Below are positions 1-9,818 of a stretch of 24,000 nucleotides of DNA, piece by piece. The position numbers and the translations under genes were made by a program. Source of the DNA: Coralloluteibacterium thermophilum (GTDB lineage Bacteria > Pseudomonadota > Gammaproteobacteria > Xanthomonadales > Xanthomonadaceae). The notes beneath the pieces were generated by a model that saw only the letters and a list, made by a program, of their open reading frames with translations, was not told the DNA's origin and did no database searches. Position 1 is the first letter of the stretch. The number at the start of each line of letters is the position of its first letter. The DNA lies in NCBI RefSeq assembly GCF_042654365.1, contig NZ_JBHSGG010000041.1, positions 18,489 to 42,488 on the forward strand, written 5' to 3'.

Positions 1-1
1 G

Positions 2-94
2 CGGCTGTTCGCGCGCGCGGCGATCTGGGGGCACTTCGCGCTCATCCTGCCCCGCCTCCTCTGGCGCCAGCTGCGCGCCCGCAACGGCGCGTAG
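2..94 (+). CDS. C-terminal fragment of an unidentified protein entering from upstream of the window
   Basis: Frame 2 is open from the window edge to TAG at 92-94 ([30 protein letters not shown]). GC-rich third positions and a hydrophobic/basic tail. Too short to assign a family. Confidence 0.3.
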   Translation, partial: RLFARAAIWGHFALILPRLLWRQLRARNGA

Positions 95-200
95 GCGCGC
101 GGTCGCGGCCGGAGCGGGCGGGCGCCGGACCGCGCCGGCAGGCTGGCCCGCCGGTGCCGGGGCGACGCAGAATGCGGGCGGTCCAGCGAGGCGATCCGCC

Positions 201-725
201 ATGATCCATCCCATCCTCCGCATGGGCGACCCGCGCCTGCATCGCGTCGCCCGGCCCGTCGCCGACTTCGGTCCCGCGCTGGCGACGCTGGTGGCGGACA
301 TGTTCGAGACCATGGACGCGGCAGGCGGCGTGGGCCTGGCGGCGCCGCAGATCGGCGTGGACCTTCAGCTGATGGTGTTCGGCTTCGAGCGCAGCGCGCG
401 CTATCCGGACGCACCGCCGGTGCCGCGGACCGCGCTGTGCAATCCGCAGTTCGAGCCGCTCGATGCGCGGACGGAGGACGGCTGGGAGGGCTGCCTGTCG
501 ATTCCCGGCATGCGCGGCCTGGTGCCCCGCCATGCGCGCATCCGCTACCGCGGGCTGACACCGGACGGCGAGACGCTCGTGCGGGAGGCGGACGGCTTCC
601 ACGCCCGGGTGGTCCAGCACGAACACGACCACCTCGTCGGGCGGCTGTATCCCTCGCGCATCCGCGACTTCAGCCGCTTCGGCTTCAACGACGTGCTGTT
701 CCCGGAGCAGGGGCCCGACGCCTGA
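201..725 (+). CDS. def: peptide deformylase
   Basis: 174-aa ORF with the three deformylase motifs [18 protein letters not shown] and HEHDHL. Confidence 0.95.
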   Translation: MIHPILRMGDPRLHRVARPVADFGPALATLVADMFETMDAAGGVGLAAPQIGVDLQLMVFGFERSARYPDAPPVPRTALCNPQFEPLDARTEDGWEGCLSIPGMRGLVPRHARIRYRGLTPDGETLVREADGFHARVVQHEHDHLVGRLYPSRIRDFSRFGFNDVLFPEQGPDA

Positions 726-738
726 GGCGCCGCGCGGC

Positions 739-1491
739 TCAGTGCGCGGTCGCCGACGGCGCGCTCGTCGCGGCGTCAGGAAGGCCCAGGGCGGCGCGCA
801 GTTCCTCGCGCGCGGCCTCGAAGTCCCGCCGGAAGGCCGGCTGCCGGAACAGGCGGTCGGCGAGCACCGTGCCCGCGATGCGTCCGGCGTCGACGTCGCT
901 CGGATAGTGCACGCCCGCCACCACGCGGTTGCGCGCGTAGCGCCCGGCGCGGGCGAAGATCGCCTCGCTGCGCTCGGGCAGCATGCGCGCGAGCACGATG
1001 GCGGCGACGTAGGCGTAGGTCGCGTGCCCGCTCGGATAGGACGCCCCGTGGGCCTCGACCAGTGGCGCGACGGCATCGCTCGCCTCGGCCGGCCGCGGCC
1101 GTTCCCAGCGCGCCTTGGCCGCGCGCGTGCCGCCGCGCAGGTCGTCCGCGGTGCCGTCGAGCAGGGCGGCCACCCGCGGCGTGCGCGCCGGATCGAAGCC
1201 GGGGCCGATGGCGTCGGCGAAGCGGAAGGGCGAGATCTCCACGTCCGCGACCGCCTCCGCGCTCTCCGCGGGCGTGCGCGACCGCTGCAGCGCCAGGACC
1301 GCCTCCAGGTCGGCGCGCGCCTCGGCGGAGCCGGCGGCCGGCGGCGGCGCCAGCAGCTCGGCCAGGGGCGGCAGGTCGCCGCCGAGATAGCCGCCCGGGC
1401 GTCCGGTCGCCTGCGCGCCGGCGAAGGCCGCGGCCAGCAGCAGGCCGCAGGCCACGCGGGCGGAGCGGGGCAGTGCCGTCCGCACCGTCAT
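739..1491 (-). CDS. secreted PAP2-superfamily (class A type) acid phosphatase
   Basis: Lies inside track ORF 739..1788(-). Start ATG at 1491 gives a signal-like N-terminus [31 protein letters not shown]2 motifs [16 protein letters not shown] and [12 protein letters not shown]. The upstream 99 codons of the track ORF are Arg-rich and overlap pyrF. Confidence 0.85.
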   Translation of the reverse strand: MTVRTALPRSARVACGLLLAAAFAGAQATGRPGGYLGGDLPPLAELLAPPPAAGSAEARADLEAVLALQRSRTPAESAEAVADVEISPFRFADAIGPGFDPARTPRVAALLDGTADDLRGGTRAAKARWERPRPAEASDAVAPLVEAHGASYPSGHATYAYVAAIVLARMLPERSEAIFARAGRYARNRVVAGVHYPSDVDAGRIAGTVLADRLFRQPAFRRDFEAAREELRAALGLPDAATSAPSATAH

Positions 1492-2315
1492 GCGCCCTGG
1501 CCCCCGCGATGGCGGTTGATGGCGTCGCGCTGCGCGCGCGCGGCGGCGCGCGCCGCATCGGCGAAGTCCGCGCCGTCGCCGGCGTAGAGGATGGCGCGCG
1601 AGGAACTGATCACCAGTCCGCTGCCGTCGGCGGTGGCGGCGCTGCGCATCACCGCCGCCACGTCGCCGCCCTGGGCGCCGATGCCGGGAACGAGGAAGGG
1701 CAGGTCGCCGACGAGGGCGCGCACCTGCGCGAGCTCCTCGGGCCAGGTGGCGCCCATCACCAGCAGGCAGTTGCCGTTGGCGTTCCACTCGCGCGCGACC
1801 CGCGCCGCGACGTGCTGGTAGAGCGGACGGCCCTCCACCGGCAGGTCCTGGAACTCGCCGGAGCCCGGGTTCGAGGTGCGGCAGAGCACTACCACGCCCT
1901 TGTCGGCGCGGTCGAGGAAGGGCTGGGCGCTGTCGCGGCCCATGTAGGGATTGATGGTGACCGCGTCCGCGCCGTAGCGGTCGAAGGCTTCGGTCGCGTA
2001 GTGGCGGGCGGTGCTGCCGATGTCGCCGCGCTTGGAGTCGAGGATCACCGGCACGCCGGGGTGCGCCGCGTGGATGTGCGCCACCAGCCGCGCCAGCGCG
2101 TCCTCCGCGCCCAGCGCCGCGAAGTGCCCGATCTGCGGCTTGAACGCGCAGACCGCGTCCGCCGTCGCATCCACGATCTCCCGGCAGAACGCGAACACCG
2201 CATCGGGCGTATCGCGCAGGTGCGCCGGAAACCGCTCCGGCTCGGGGTCGAGCCCGACGCAGAGCAGAGTGTCGTGATCGCGCCAGCGGGCGCGGAGGGC
2301 GGCGATGAAGGACAT
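1488..2315 (-). CDS. pyrF: orotidine-5'-phosphate decarboxylase (type 2)
   Basis: Lies inside track ORF 1488..2591(-). Start ATG at 2315 ([24 protein letters not shown]). Motifs [28 protein letters not shown]. The first 92 codons of the track ORF are just translation of the repeat element. Confidence 0.9.
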   Translation of the reverse strand: MSFIAALRARWRDHDTLLCVGLDPEPERFPAHLRDTPDAVFAFCREIVDATADAVCAFKPQIGHFAALGAEDALARLVAHIHAAHPGVPVILDSKRGDIGSTARHYATEAFDRYGADAVTINPYMGRDSAQPFLDRADKGVVVLCRTSNPGSGEFQDLPVEGRPLYQHVAARVAREWNANGNCLLVMGATWPEELAQVRALVGDLPFLVPGIGAQGGDVAAVMRSAATADGSGLVISSSRAILYAGDGADFADAARAAARAQRDAINRHRGGQGA

Positions 2316-2362
2316 GCTGGGTGGGGTGGAGGGGAGGGTGGGTAGTGTGCCGTGGTGAGGTA

Positions 2363-2589
2363 GAAGCGGGAATCGGGAATGGGGAATCGGGAATCGGGAA
2401 TGGGAGGCGGCAGCGGAGTGAGCGACGGAGCTCCGCATCCCCACCTCACCAACCTCCAGGTCCCGATCCCCATTCCCGATTTCCGCTTCACCCAACGCCA
2501 TACTGGCCCCTTCGGGACATACAGAGCGCGGCATCCCCGCCTCACCCGCCCCCAGGTCCCGATTCCCGACTCCCCATTCCCGCTTCACC
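2363..2589. repeat. G-heptad inverted-repeat element, copy A (composite, gene-less)
   Basis: G-arm 2363-2405: GAAGCGGGAATCGGGAATGGGGAATCGGGAATCGGGAATGGGA. Two C-arms at 2456-2492 and 2552-2589, whose reverse complements are GGTGAAGCGGAAATCGGGAATGGGGATCGGGACCTGG and GGTGAAGCGGGAATGGGGAGTCGGGAATCGGGACCTGG. Same family as copies at 8454, 12691 and 20275. Confidence 0.8.
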
Positions 2590-2599
2590 AAAAAAAGCC

Positions 2600-3775
2600 A
2601 TGCCCATCCCCTCCCTCCTCGACACCGACCTCTACAAGTTCACGATGATGCAGGCGGTGCTGCACCAGCATCCGGCGGCGCAGGTGGAGTACCGCTTCAA
2701 GTGCCGGACGCCGGGCGTGGATCTGGCGCGGCACGTGGATGCGATCTCCGAGGGGATCGACGCGCTGTGCGCGCTGCGCTTCCGGGAGGACGAGCTGGAC
2801 TGGCTGCGGGGGCTGCGCTTCATCCGCTCGGACTTCGTCGACTTCCTCGGCCTGTTCCGCCTCGACCGCAAGTACGTGCATCTCGCGCCGTCGGCGTCGG
2901 TGCCGGGGGAGATCGACCTGACGATCCGCGGGCCGTGGCTGCACACCATCCTGTTCGAGGTGCCGCTGCTGGCCCTCGTCAGCGAGGTCTGGTCGCGCGC
3001 GACGCACGTGCTCGACCCGGCCGAGGGGCTGCGCCGGCTCGACGCCAAGATCGAGCGCCTGGTGGCGGCCGATCCCGAGGGCCGGCTCGCCATCGCCGAC
3101 TACGGCACCCGGCGGCGCTTCTCGCGCGACTGGCAGCGCCAGGTGCTGCTGCGCCTGCGCGAGGGGCTGGGGCCGCGCTTCGTCGGCACCAGCAACGTGA
3201 TGTACGCGCGCGAGCTGGGCATGACGCCGCTGGGCACCATGGCGCACGAGTGGCTGCAGGCCTTCCAGGCGCTGGGTCCGCGCCTGCGCGACTCGCAGAA
3301 GGCGGCGTTCGAGGCCTGGGCGCAGGAGTACCGGGGCGACCTCGGCATCGCGCTGTCGGACGTGGTCGGGATCGACGCCTTCCTGCGCGACTTCGACATG
3401 TACTTCTGCAAGCTGTTCGACGGCATGCGGCAGGACTCGGGCGATCCCTTCGCCTGGGGCGACCGGGTCGTCGCCCACCTCGCCGCCAACCGCGTGGACC
3501 CGCGCACCAAGACCCTGGTGTTCAGCGACGCGCTCGACGTCGAGCGCGTGCTGGCGCTGCAGGACTACTTCCGCGGCCGCGCGCGCGTGGCCTTCGGCAT
3601 CGGCACCAACCTCACCAACGACGTCGGCCCCCGGCCGCTGTCGCTGGTGATCAAGATGACCCGCTGCAACGGTCAGCCGGTGGCCAAGCTGAGCGACTCG
3701 CCGGGCAAGACCATGTGCGAGGACCCGGGCTACGTCGCCTACCTGCGGCAGGTGTTCGGCGTCGCCGAAGGCTAG
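2600..3775 (+). CDS. pncB: nicotinate phosphoribosyltransferase
   Basis: Lies inside track ORF 2321..3775(+). Start ATG at 2600 ([21 protein letters not shown]...). NAPRTase-type blocks [27 protein letters not shown]. The upstream part of the track ORF is repeat translation. Confidence 0.9.
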   Translation: MPIPSLLDTDLYKFTMMQAVLHQHPAAQVEYRFKCRTPGVDLARHVDAISEGIDALCALRFREDELDWLRGLRFIRSDFVDFLGLFRLDRKYVHLAPSASVPGEIDLTIRGPWLHTILFEVPLLALVSEVWSRATHVLDPAEGLRRLDAKIERLVAADPEGRLAIADYGTRRRFSRDWQRQVLLRLREGLGPRFVGTSNVMYARELGMTPLGTMAHEWLQAFQALGPRLRDSQKAAFEAWAQEYRGDLGIALSDVVGIDAFLRDFDMYFCKLFDGMRQDSGDPFAWGDRVVAHLAANRVDPRTKTLVFSDALDVERVLALQDYFRGRARVAFGIGTNLTNDVGPRPLSLVIKMTRCNGQPVAKLSDSPGKTMCEDPGYVAYLRQVFGVAEG

Positions 3776-3855
3776 GGCGCGCGGGCGGCGGAAGGCGCCC
3801 GGGCCGCGACGCCCCGGACGTTCTGCCGCCCGCGCTCGCCGTGCCCCTGGAACGA

Positions 3856-3883
3856 GGAACGGGCGCATCGCTGCGCCCGTTCC
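3856..3883. terminator. GC-rich hairpin between convergent pncB and ettA (possible bidirectional terminator)
   Basis: Perfect 12-bp stem GGAACGGGCGCA / TGCGCCCGTTCC with 4-nt loop TCGC. No clear U-tract on either strand, so function is uncertain. Confidence 0.35.
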
Positions 3884-3909
3884 CGTGTCGCCGGCGTCCG
3901 CCGTGCGCC

Positions 3910-5571
<1,662 letters not shown>

Positions 5572-5789
5572 GGGGGCTCCGGGCCGGTGCGCAGGGACGG
5601 GAGGCCGGTGCGTGCGACGCGCCGACGGTCCGCGATAAGGGGCCGGCCATTATCGCGCATCGCGCCGCCCCGGGACACCGCGGTCCGCCCGGGTTTCGCC
5701 ACAATCCGCCCGCGCGGCGCCAGCATCCGCCCGCGGGGCCGCCGCGCCGCCGGCTGCAATGCGCGTCCCACCCCGAGGACGACGCGGCC

Positions 5790-7112
5790 ATGCGCGCGAT
5801 GCTGAAACTGCTGGTGATCGGAAGCCTGATCCTGGTCCTGACCCTCCCCCTGCTGCTGATGCGGGGCCTGGTGCACGAGCGCCAGGCGCGCGGTGCGGAG
5901 GCCGCCGCGGAGATCGCGCGGGCGTCCAGCCGGGCGCAGCGGGTGGTCGGGCCCTATCTCCTGATCGAGGCCGAGCGCGTGGTGCGCGTCCCGCGGGGCG
6001 CCGCCGCCGGCGACGCGCCCGTGCGGGAGACCGTCCGCGAGCTGGTCCTCCCCGAGACCCTGGTCGCCGACAGCACGCTCACCACGGAGGTCCGGCGCCG
6101 CGGCCTGTTCGGCGTGCCGCTCTACCGCGACGCGCTCGACCTGCAGGCGCGCTTCGTCGTGCCGCCGCCGCCCGTGCCGCAGGGCGAGGTGCTGAGCTAC
6201 CGCCGTACCGGCGCCGTGCTCGGCCTCGGCCTGGGCGACACGCGCGGCATCCGCAGCATCGACCTGCGCGTCGACGGGCGGGCGCTGCAGGTCGAGCCCG
6301 GCAGCGAGCAGGCCTGGCTGATGGACGGCGTGCATGCGCGGCTGGAACCCGCGGCGCTGGACGGCGGCGTCCTGCGGGTCGCCCTCAGCGCCGACCTCCT
6401 CGGCACCGGATCGCTGCGCTTCGTGCCCGCCGCGAGCGACACCCGCGTCGCCGTCCGCGGCGACTGGCCGCATCCCGGCTTCGACGGCAACTACCTGCCC
6501 GACACCCGCCGCGTCGGCGACGACGGGTTCGAGGCGGAATGGCGGGTCTCGCGCCTCGCCAGCAACGCCCAGCAGGTCCTGGCGCAGTGCGCGGAGGTCC
6601 GTCAGGGCGGCTGCCACGGGCTGGACGAGGTCGTGTTCGGGCTGCGCCTGGTCGATCCGGTGGACCGCTACCTGATGACCGACCGCGCCATGAAGTTCGG
6701 CCTGCTGTTCCTGGTGCTGGTGTTCGGCGCGGTGTTCTTCGTGGAGGCGCTGCGCGGGGTGGAGGTGCACCCGGTGCAGTACGGGCTGACCGGCCTGGCC
6801 CTCGCCCTGTTCTTCCTCCTGCTGCTGGCCCTGGCCGAGCACATCGGCTTCGGCGCGGCCTACCTCCTCGCCGCGACCGCCTGCGTGGGGCTGATCGCCG
6901 CCTACATGGGCGGCGTGCTCGGCGGGCGCCGCCGCGGGCTGGCCTTCGCCGGGCTGCTGGCCCTCCTGTACGGCCTGCTCTACGGGCTGCTGAGCGCCGA
7001 GACCTACGCCCTGCTGGTCGGCAGCGTCGTGCTGTTCGCCCTGCTGGCGACGGTCATGCTCGCGACGCGGCGGCTCGACTGGAGCCGCGTGGGGCGGCCG
7101 GAGGGCGCCTGA
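5790..7112 (+). CDS. creD: cell envelope integrity inner-membrane protein CreD
   Basis: 440-aa ORF. N-terminal membrane anchor followed by ...ERQ. CreD-like blocks [60 protein letters not shown]. An alternative ATG exists at 5799. Confidence 0.85.
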   Translation: MRAMLKLLVIGSLILVLTLPLLLMRGLVHERQARGAEAAAEIARASSRAQRVVGPYLLIEAERVVRVPRGAAAGDAPVRETVRELVLPETLVADSTLTTEVRRRGLFGVPLYRDALDLQARFVVPPPPVPQGEVLSYRRTGAVLGLGLGDTRGIRSIDLRVDGRALQVEPGSEQAWLMDGVHARLEPAALDGGVLRVALSADLLGTGSLRFVPAASDTRVAVRGDWPHPGFDGNYLPDTRRVGDDGFEAEWRVSRLASNAQQVLAQCAEVRQGGCHGLDEVVFGLRLVDPVDRYLMTDRAMKFGLLFLVLVFGAVFFVEALRGVEVHPVQYGLTGLALALFFLLLLALAEHIGFGAAYLLAATACVGLIAAYMGGVLGGRRRGLAFAGLLALLYGLLYGLLSAETYALLVGSVVLFALLATVMLATRRLDWSRVGRPEGA

Positions 7113-7119
7113 GGCCGCG

Positions 7120-7159
7120 CCCGGCGCGGGGCGCGGCGTGGCCGCAACCCCGCGCCGGG
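7120..7159 (+). terminator. GC hairpin downstream of creD (possible terminator)
   Basis: 12-bp stem CCCGGCGCGGGG (7120-7131) / CCCCGCGCCGGG (7148-7159) with a 16-nt loop, followed by TCTACAATTCC. No strong U-tract. Confidence 0.3.
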
Positions 7160-7198
7160 TCTACAATTCCGGGCTTTCCGCAGACCAAGGCGCGCCCC

Positions 7199-8452
7199 AT
7201 GTTCCCCAGCAGCATGCGTATCGAAGGCTACGACCCCGAGCTTGCCCAGGCCATCGCCGACGAGCGTCGCCGCCAGGAGGACCATGTCGAGCTCATCGCC
7301 TCCGAGAACTACGCCAGCCCCCGCGTGATGGAGGCCCAGGGCAGCGCGCTGACCAACAAGTACGCCGAGGGCTATCCGGGCAAGCGCTACTACGGCGGCT
7401 GCGAGTACGTCGACGTGGCCGAGCGGCTCGCCATCGACCGCCTGAAGCAGCTGTTCGACGCGGACTACGCCAACGTGCAGCCGCACTCGGGCTCGCAGGC
7501 CAACCAGGCCGTGTACTTCGCGCTGCTGCAGCCGGGCGACACCATCCTCGGCATGTCGCTGGCCCACGGCGGGCACCTCACCCACGGCGCCAAGGTCAAC
7601 GCTTCGGGCAAGCTGTTCGACGCGGTCCAGTACGGCGTGAACGACCAGGGCCTGATCGACTACGACGAGGTCGAGCGCCTCGCCGTCGAGCACAAGCCGA
7701 AGATGATCGTCGCCGGCTTCAGCGCCTATTCGCGGGTGATCGACTGGGCGCGCTTCCGCGCCATCGCCGACAAGGTCGGCGCCTACCTGTTCGTGGACAT
7801 GGCGCACGTGGCCGGCCTGGTCGCCGCGGGCGTCTACCCGAACCCGCTGCCGCACGCCCATGTGGTCACCTCGACCACCCACAAGACCCTGCGCGGTCCG
7901 CGCGGCGGCATCATCCTCGCCAAGGGTGCGGACGAGGAACTGACCAGGAAGTTGCAGTCCATCGTCTTCCCCGGCATCCAGGGCGGCCCGCTGATGCACG
8001 TGATCGCGGCCAAGGCGGTCGCCTTCAAGGAGGCGCTGGAGCCGGCGTTCAAGGCCTACCAGCAGCAGGTGGTGAAGAACGCCCAGGCCATGGCGCGGAC
8101 CATCGTCGAGCGCGGCTACCGGATCGTCTCCGGCGGTACCGAGAATCACCTCATGCTGGTCGACATGATCGGCAAGGGCATCACCGGCAAGGACGCCGAG
8201 GCCGCCCTCGGCCGCGCCCACATCACGGTCAACAAGAACAGCGTCCCCAACGACCCGCAAAAGCCTTTCGTCACCTCCGGCCTGCGCCTCGGCACCCCCG
8301 CCGTCACCACCCGCGGCTACGTCGAGCAGGACTGCATCGACCTCGCCCACTGGATCTGCGACGTCCTCGACGCCCCGGCGGACGAGAGCGTCATCGCCGC
8401 GGTGCGCGAGAAGGTGGTGGCGCAGTGCAGGAGGTATCCGGTCTACGGGTGA
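7199..8452 (+). CDS. glyA: serine hydroxymethyltransferase
   Basis: Lies inside track ORF 5759..8452(+). Start ATG at 7199 ([38 protein letters not shown]...). 417 aa. PLP-lysine region [16 protein letters not shown]. Confidence 0.97.
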   Translation: MFPSSMRIEGYDPELAQAIADERRRQEDHVELIASENYASPRVMEAQGSALTNKYAEGYPGKRYYGGCEYVDVAERLAIDRLKQLFDADYANVQPHSGSQANQAVYFALLQPGDTILGMSLAHGGHLTHGAKVNASGKLFDAVQYGVNDQGLIDYDEVERLAVEHKPKMIVAGFSAYSRVIDWARFRAIADKVGAYLFVDMAHVAGLVAAGVYPNPLPHAHVVTSTTHKTLRGPRGGIILAKGADEELTRKLQSIVFPGIQGGPLMHVIAAKAVAFKEALEPAFKAYQQQVVKNAQAMARTIVERGYRIVSGGTENHLMLVDMIGKGITGKDAEAALGRAHITVNKNSVPNDPQKPFVTSGLRLGTPAVTTRGYVEQDCIDLAHWICDVLDAPADESVIAAVREKVVAQCRRYPVYG

Positions 8453-8453
8453 C

Positions 8454-8927
8454 GCGGGAATGGGGACTCGGGAATCGGGACCTGTGGGCGTTTGAAGGTC
8501 GGAGGGCTCGCCATGGAGGGCGGGATGGCGCAGGATTTCAGGGATCTGCGGGTGTGGGAGGAGGCGATGCAGCTGGCCGAGCGCGTATACGCGCTCGCCG
8601 GGCGCCTTCCGCGGGAGGAGCGCTTCGGCCTGTCGATGCAGATGCGCAAGGCGGCGGTTTCCGTGCCTTCGTGCATTGCGGAAGGCAATGGCAGATCCTC
8701 GCTGGCCGACTATCTTCGCTTCCTTTCCATGGCACGCGGCTCCCTGTCGGAGGTCCAGACACAGCTGCTTCTCGCGGGGCGCCTGGGCTTCCTGTCTCCG
8801 GATGATGTCGATGCCGCCCTTGCGCAGGCGCGCACGGTCGGCATGCTGCTCACCGGCCTTCGACGAGCCCTGGCCTCCAAGACCGCATAATCCCCGCCAT
8901 TCCCGATTCCCCCTTCCCGATTCCCGA
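8454..8927 (+). mobile_element. G-heptad inverted-repeat element, copy B, carrying a four-helix-bundle gene (putative non-autonomous cassette)
   Basis: G-arm 8454-8484 (GCGGGAATGGGGACTCGGGAATCGGGACCTG). C-arm 8891-8927 (reverse complement TCGGGAATCGGGAAGGGGGAATCGGGAATGGCGGGGA). Fills the glyA-nrdR spacer. Mobility is inferred from the multiple copies, not demonstrated. Confidence 0.5.
8525..8890 (+). CDS. four-helix-bundle protein (23S rRNA intervening-sequence protein / Avd-like family)
   Basis: Family-typical pattern DFRDLRVWEEAM...ERFGLSMQMRKAAVSVPSCIAEGNGRSS..DYLRFLSMARGSLSEVQTQLLLAGRLGFL. Start ATG at 8525 is preferred because GGAGG lies 5 nt upstream. Alternatives are ATG 8513 and TTG 8492 (the track start). 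Confidence 0.85.
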   Translation: MAQDFRDLRVWEEAMQLAERVYALAGRLPREERFGLSMQMRKAAVSVPSCIAEGNGRSSLADYLRFLSMARGSLSEVQTQLLLAGRLGFLSPDDVDAALAQARTVGMLLTGLRRALASKTA

Positions 8928-8935
8928 CAGCCCCC

Positions 8936-9469
8936 ATGCACTGCCCCTTCTGCCAGCACGAGGACACCCGGGTCATCGACTCGCGGCTGACCGACGACGG
9001 CACGACGGTGCGGCGGCGGCGGGAGTGCCCGCAGTGCGGGGAGCGCTTCAATACGTTCGAGACGGCCGAGCTCAAGCTGCCGGCCATCGTGAAGAGCGGG
9101 GAGCGGCGGGAGGCCTTCGACGAGCGCAAGCTGCGCACCAGCTTCGAGCGCGCGCTGCAGAAGCGACCGGTGGCGGCCGATGCCGTGGAGCAGGCCCTGC
9201 GCAACGTGGTGGCCGACCTGCGCAAGGCGACCGAGCGCGAGGTGCCCTCGCGCCACGTGGGCGAGCTGGTGATGCGCGAGCTCAAGAAGCTCGACCAGGT
9301 CGCCTACGTGCGCTTCGCCTCGGTCTACCGGCGCTTCGAGGACGTGCAGGCCTTCCGCGAGGAGATCGAGAAGCTCGAGCGCGACATGCCGGGGCTCGAG
9401 GCGGCCCAGCTGTCCCTGCTGGGCGAGGCCGCGGTGCCGCCGCCCGCGGGCAGGCGCGGCCGCGGCTGA
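8936..9469 (+). CDS. nrdR: transcriptional repressor NrdR
   Basis: [42 protein letters not shown] zinc ribbon followed by an ATP-cone. 177 aa. Confidence 0.95.
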   Translation: MHCPFCQHEDTRVIDSRLTDDGTTVRRRRECPQCGERFNTFETAELKLPAIVKSGERREAFDERKLRTSFERALQKRPVAADAVEQALRNVVADLRKATEREVPSRHVGELVMRELKKLDQVAYVRFASVYRRFEDVQAFREEIEKLERDMPGLEAAQLSLLGEAAVPPPAGRRGRG

Positions 9470-9581
9470 ACCGCAACGCTGCATCCCGGGCCGCGACCGC
9501 GCCGCCGACGGACCGCACGGGCGCCGCGTGCTAGGCTGCGCGCGCTCCGGCCGTCCATCGGCCGGGCGACCACGATGAACA

Positions 9582-9737
9582 CGTCTTCAGGGCGGGGTGC
9601 GATTCCCCACCGGCGGTAGGTCGATCGGCGCGGCGACGCGCGACGACGAGCCCGCGAGCGCCTCCGGCCACGCCGGAGGGTCAGCAGATCCGGTCCGAAG
9701 CCGGAGCCGACGGTCACAGTCCGGATGAAAGAAGACG
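9582..9737 (+). promoter_or_regulatory. FMN riboswitch (RFN element)
   Basis: Conserved RFN blocks CTTCAGGGCGGGGTGCGATTCCCCACCGGCGGTA, AGCCCGCGAGCGC, GGTCAGCAGATCCGGT, AGCCGGAGCCGACGGTCACAGTCCGGATGAAAGAAGA. P1 CGTCTTC (9582-9588) pairs with GAAGACG (9731-9737). Sits 81 nt upstream of the ribD ATG. Confidence 0.9.
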
Positions 9738-9818
9738 GCACGGCGCGCATCCCTCGCGGGAGGCGCGGCCGTTCCGACGCCTCTGGAGGCGTCGTTCGCC
9801 CCCGAGCGGACCGACGCC

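Noticed and set aside
2363-2589. Possible CRISPR array (short direct repeats), here and at 17038-17327
   Set aside because: Repeat unit is 6-7 bp with no unique spacers of 25-40 bp. The repeats are tandem or inverted heptads, not 24-48 bp CRISPR repeats. No cas genes are in the window.
2321-2599. N-terminal extensions of pncB (track start 2321), pyrF (2591), glyA (5759), ribH (12737) and thiL (13973)
   Set aside because: The extensions consist of translated repeat elements or Arg-rich non-coding sequence. In each case an internal ATG reproduces the canonical N-terminus of the family.
8492-8524. TTG start at 8492 (track ORF start) for the four-helix-bundle gene
   Set aside because: Family members usually begin a few residues before the DFRDL(R/K)VW motif. 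ATG 8525 has a GGAGG at optimal spacing, and ATG 8513 is also possible. The TTG extension begins only 7 nt after the repeat arm. It is kept as an alternative, not as the call.
8454-8927. Diversity-generating retroelement, because the four-helix-bundle protein resembles Avd
   Set aside because: No reverse transcriptase gene is present, no template/variable repeat pair with adenine-specific differences, and no target gene nearby. Only the family resemblance remains.
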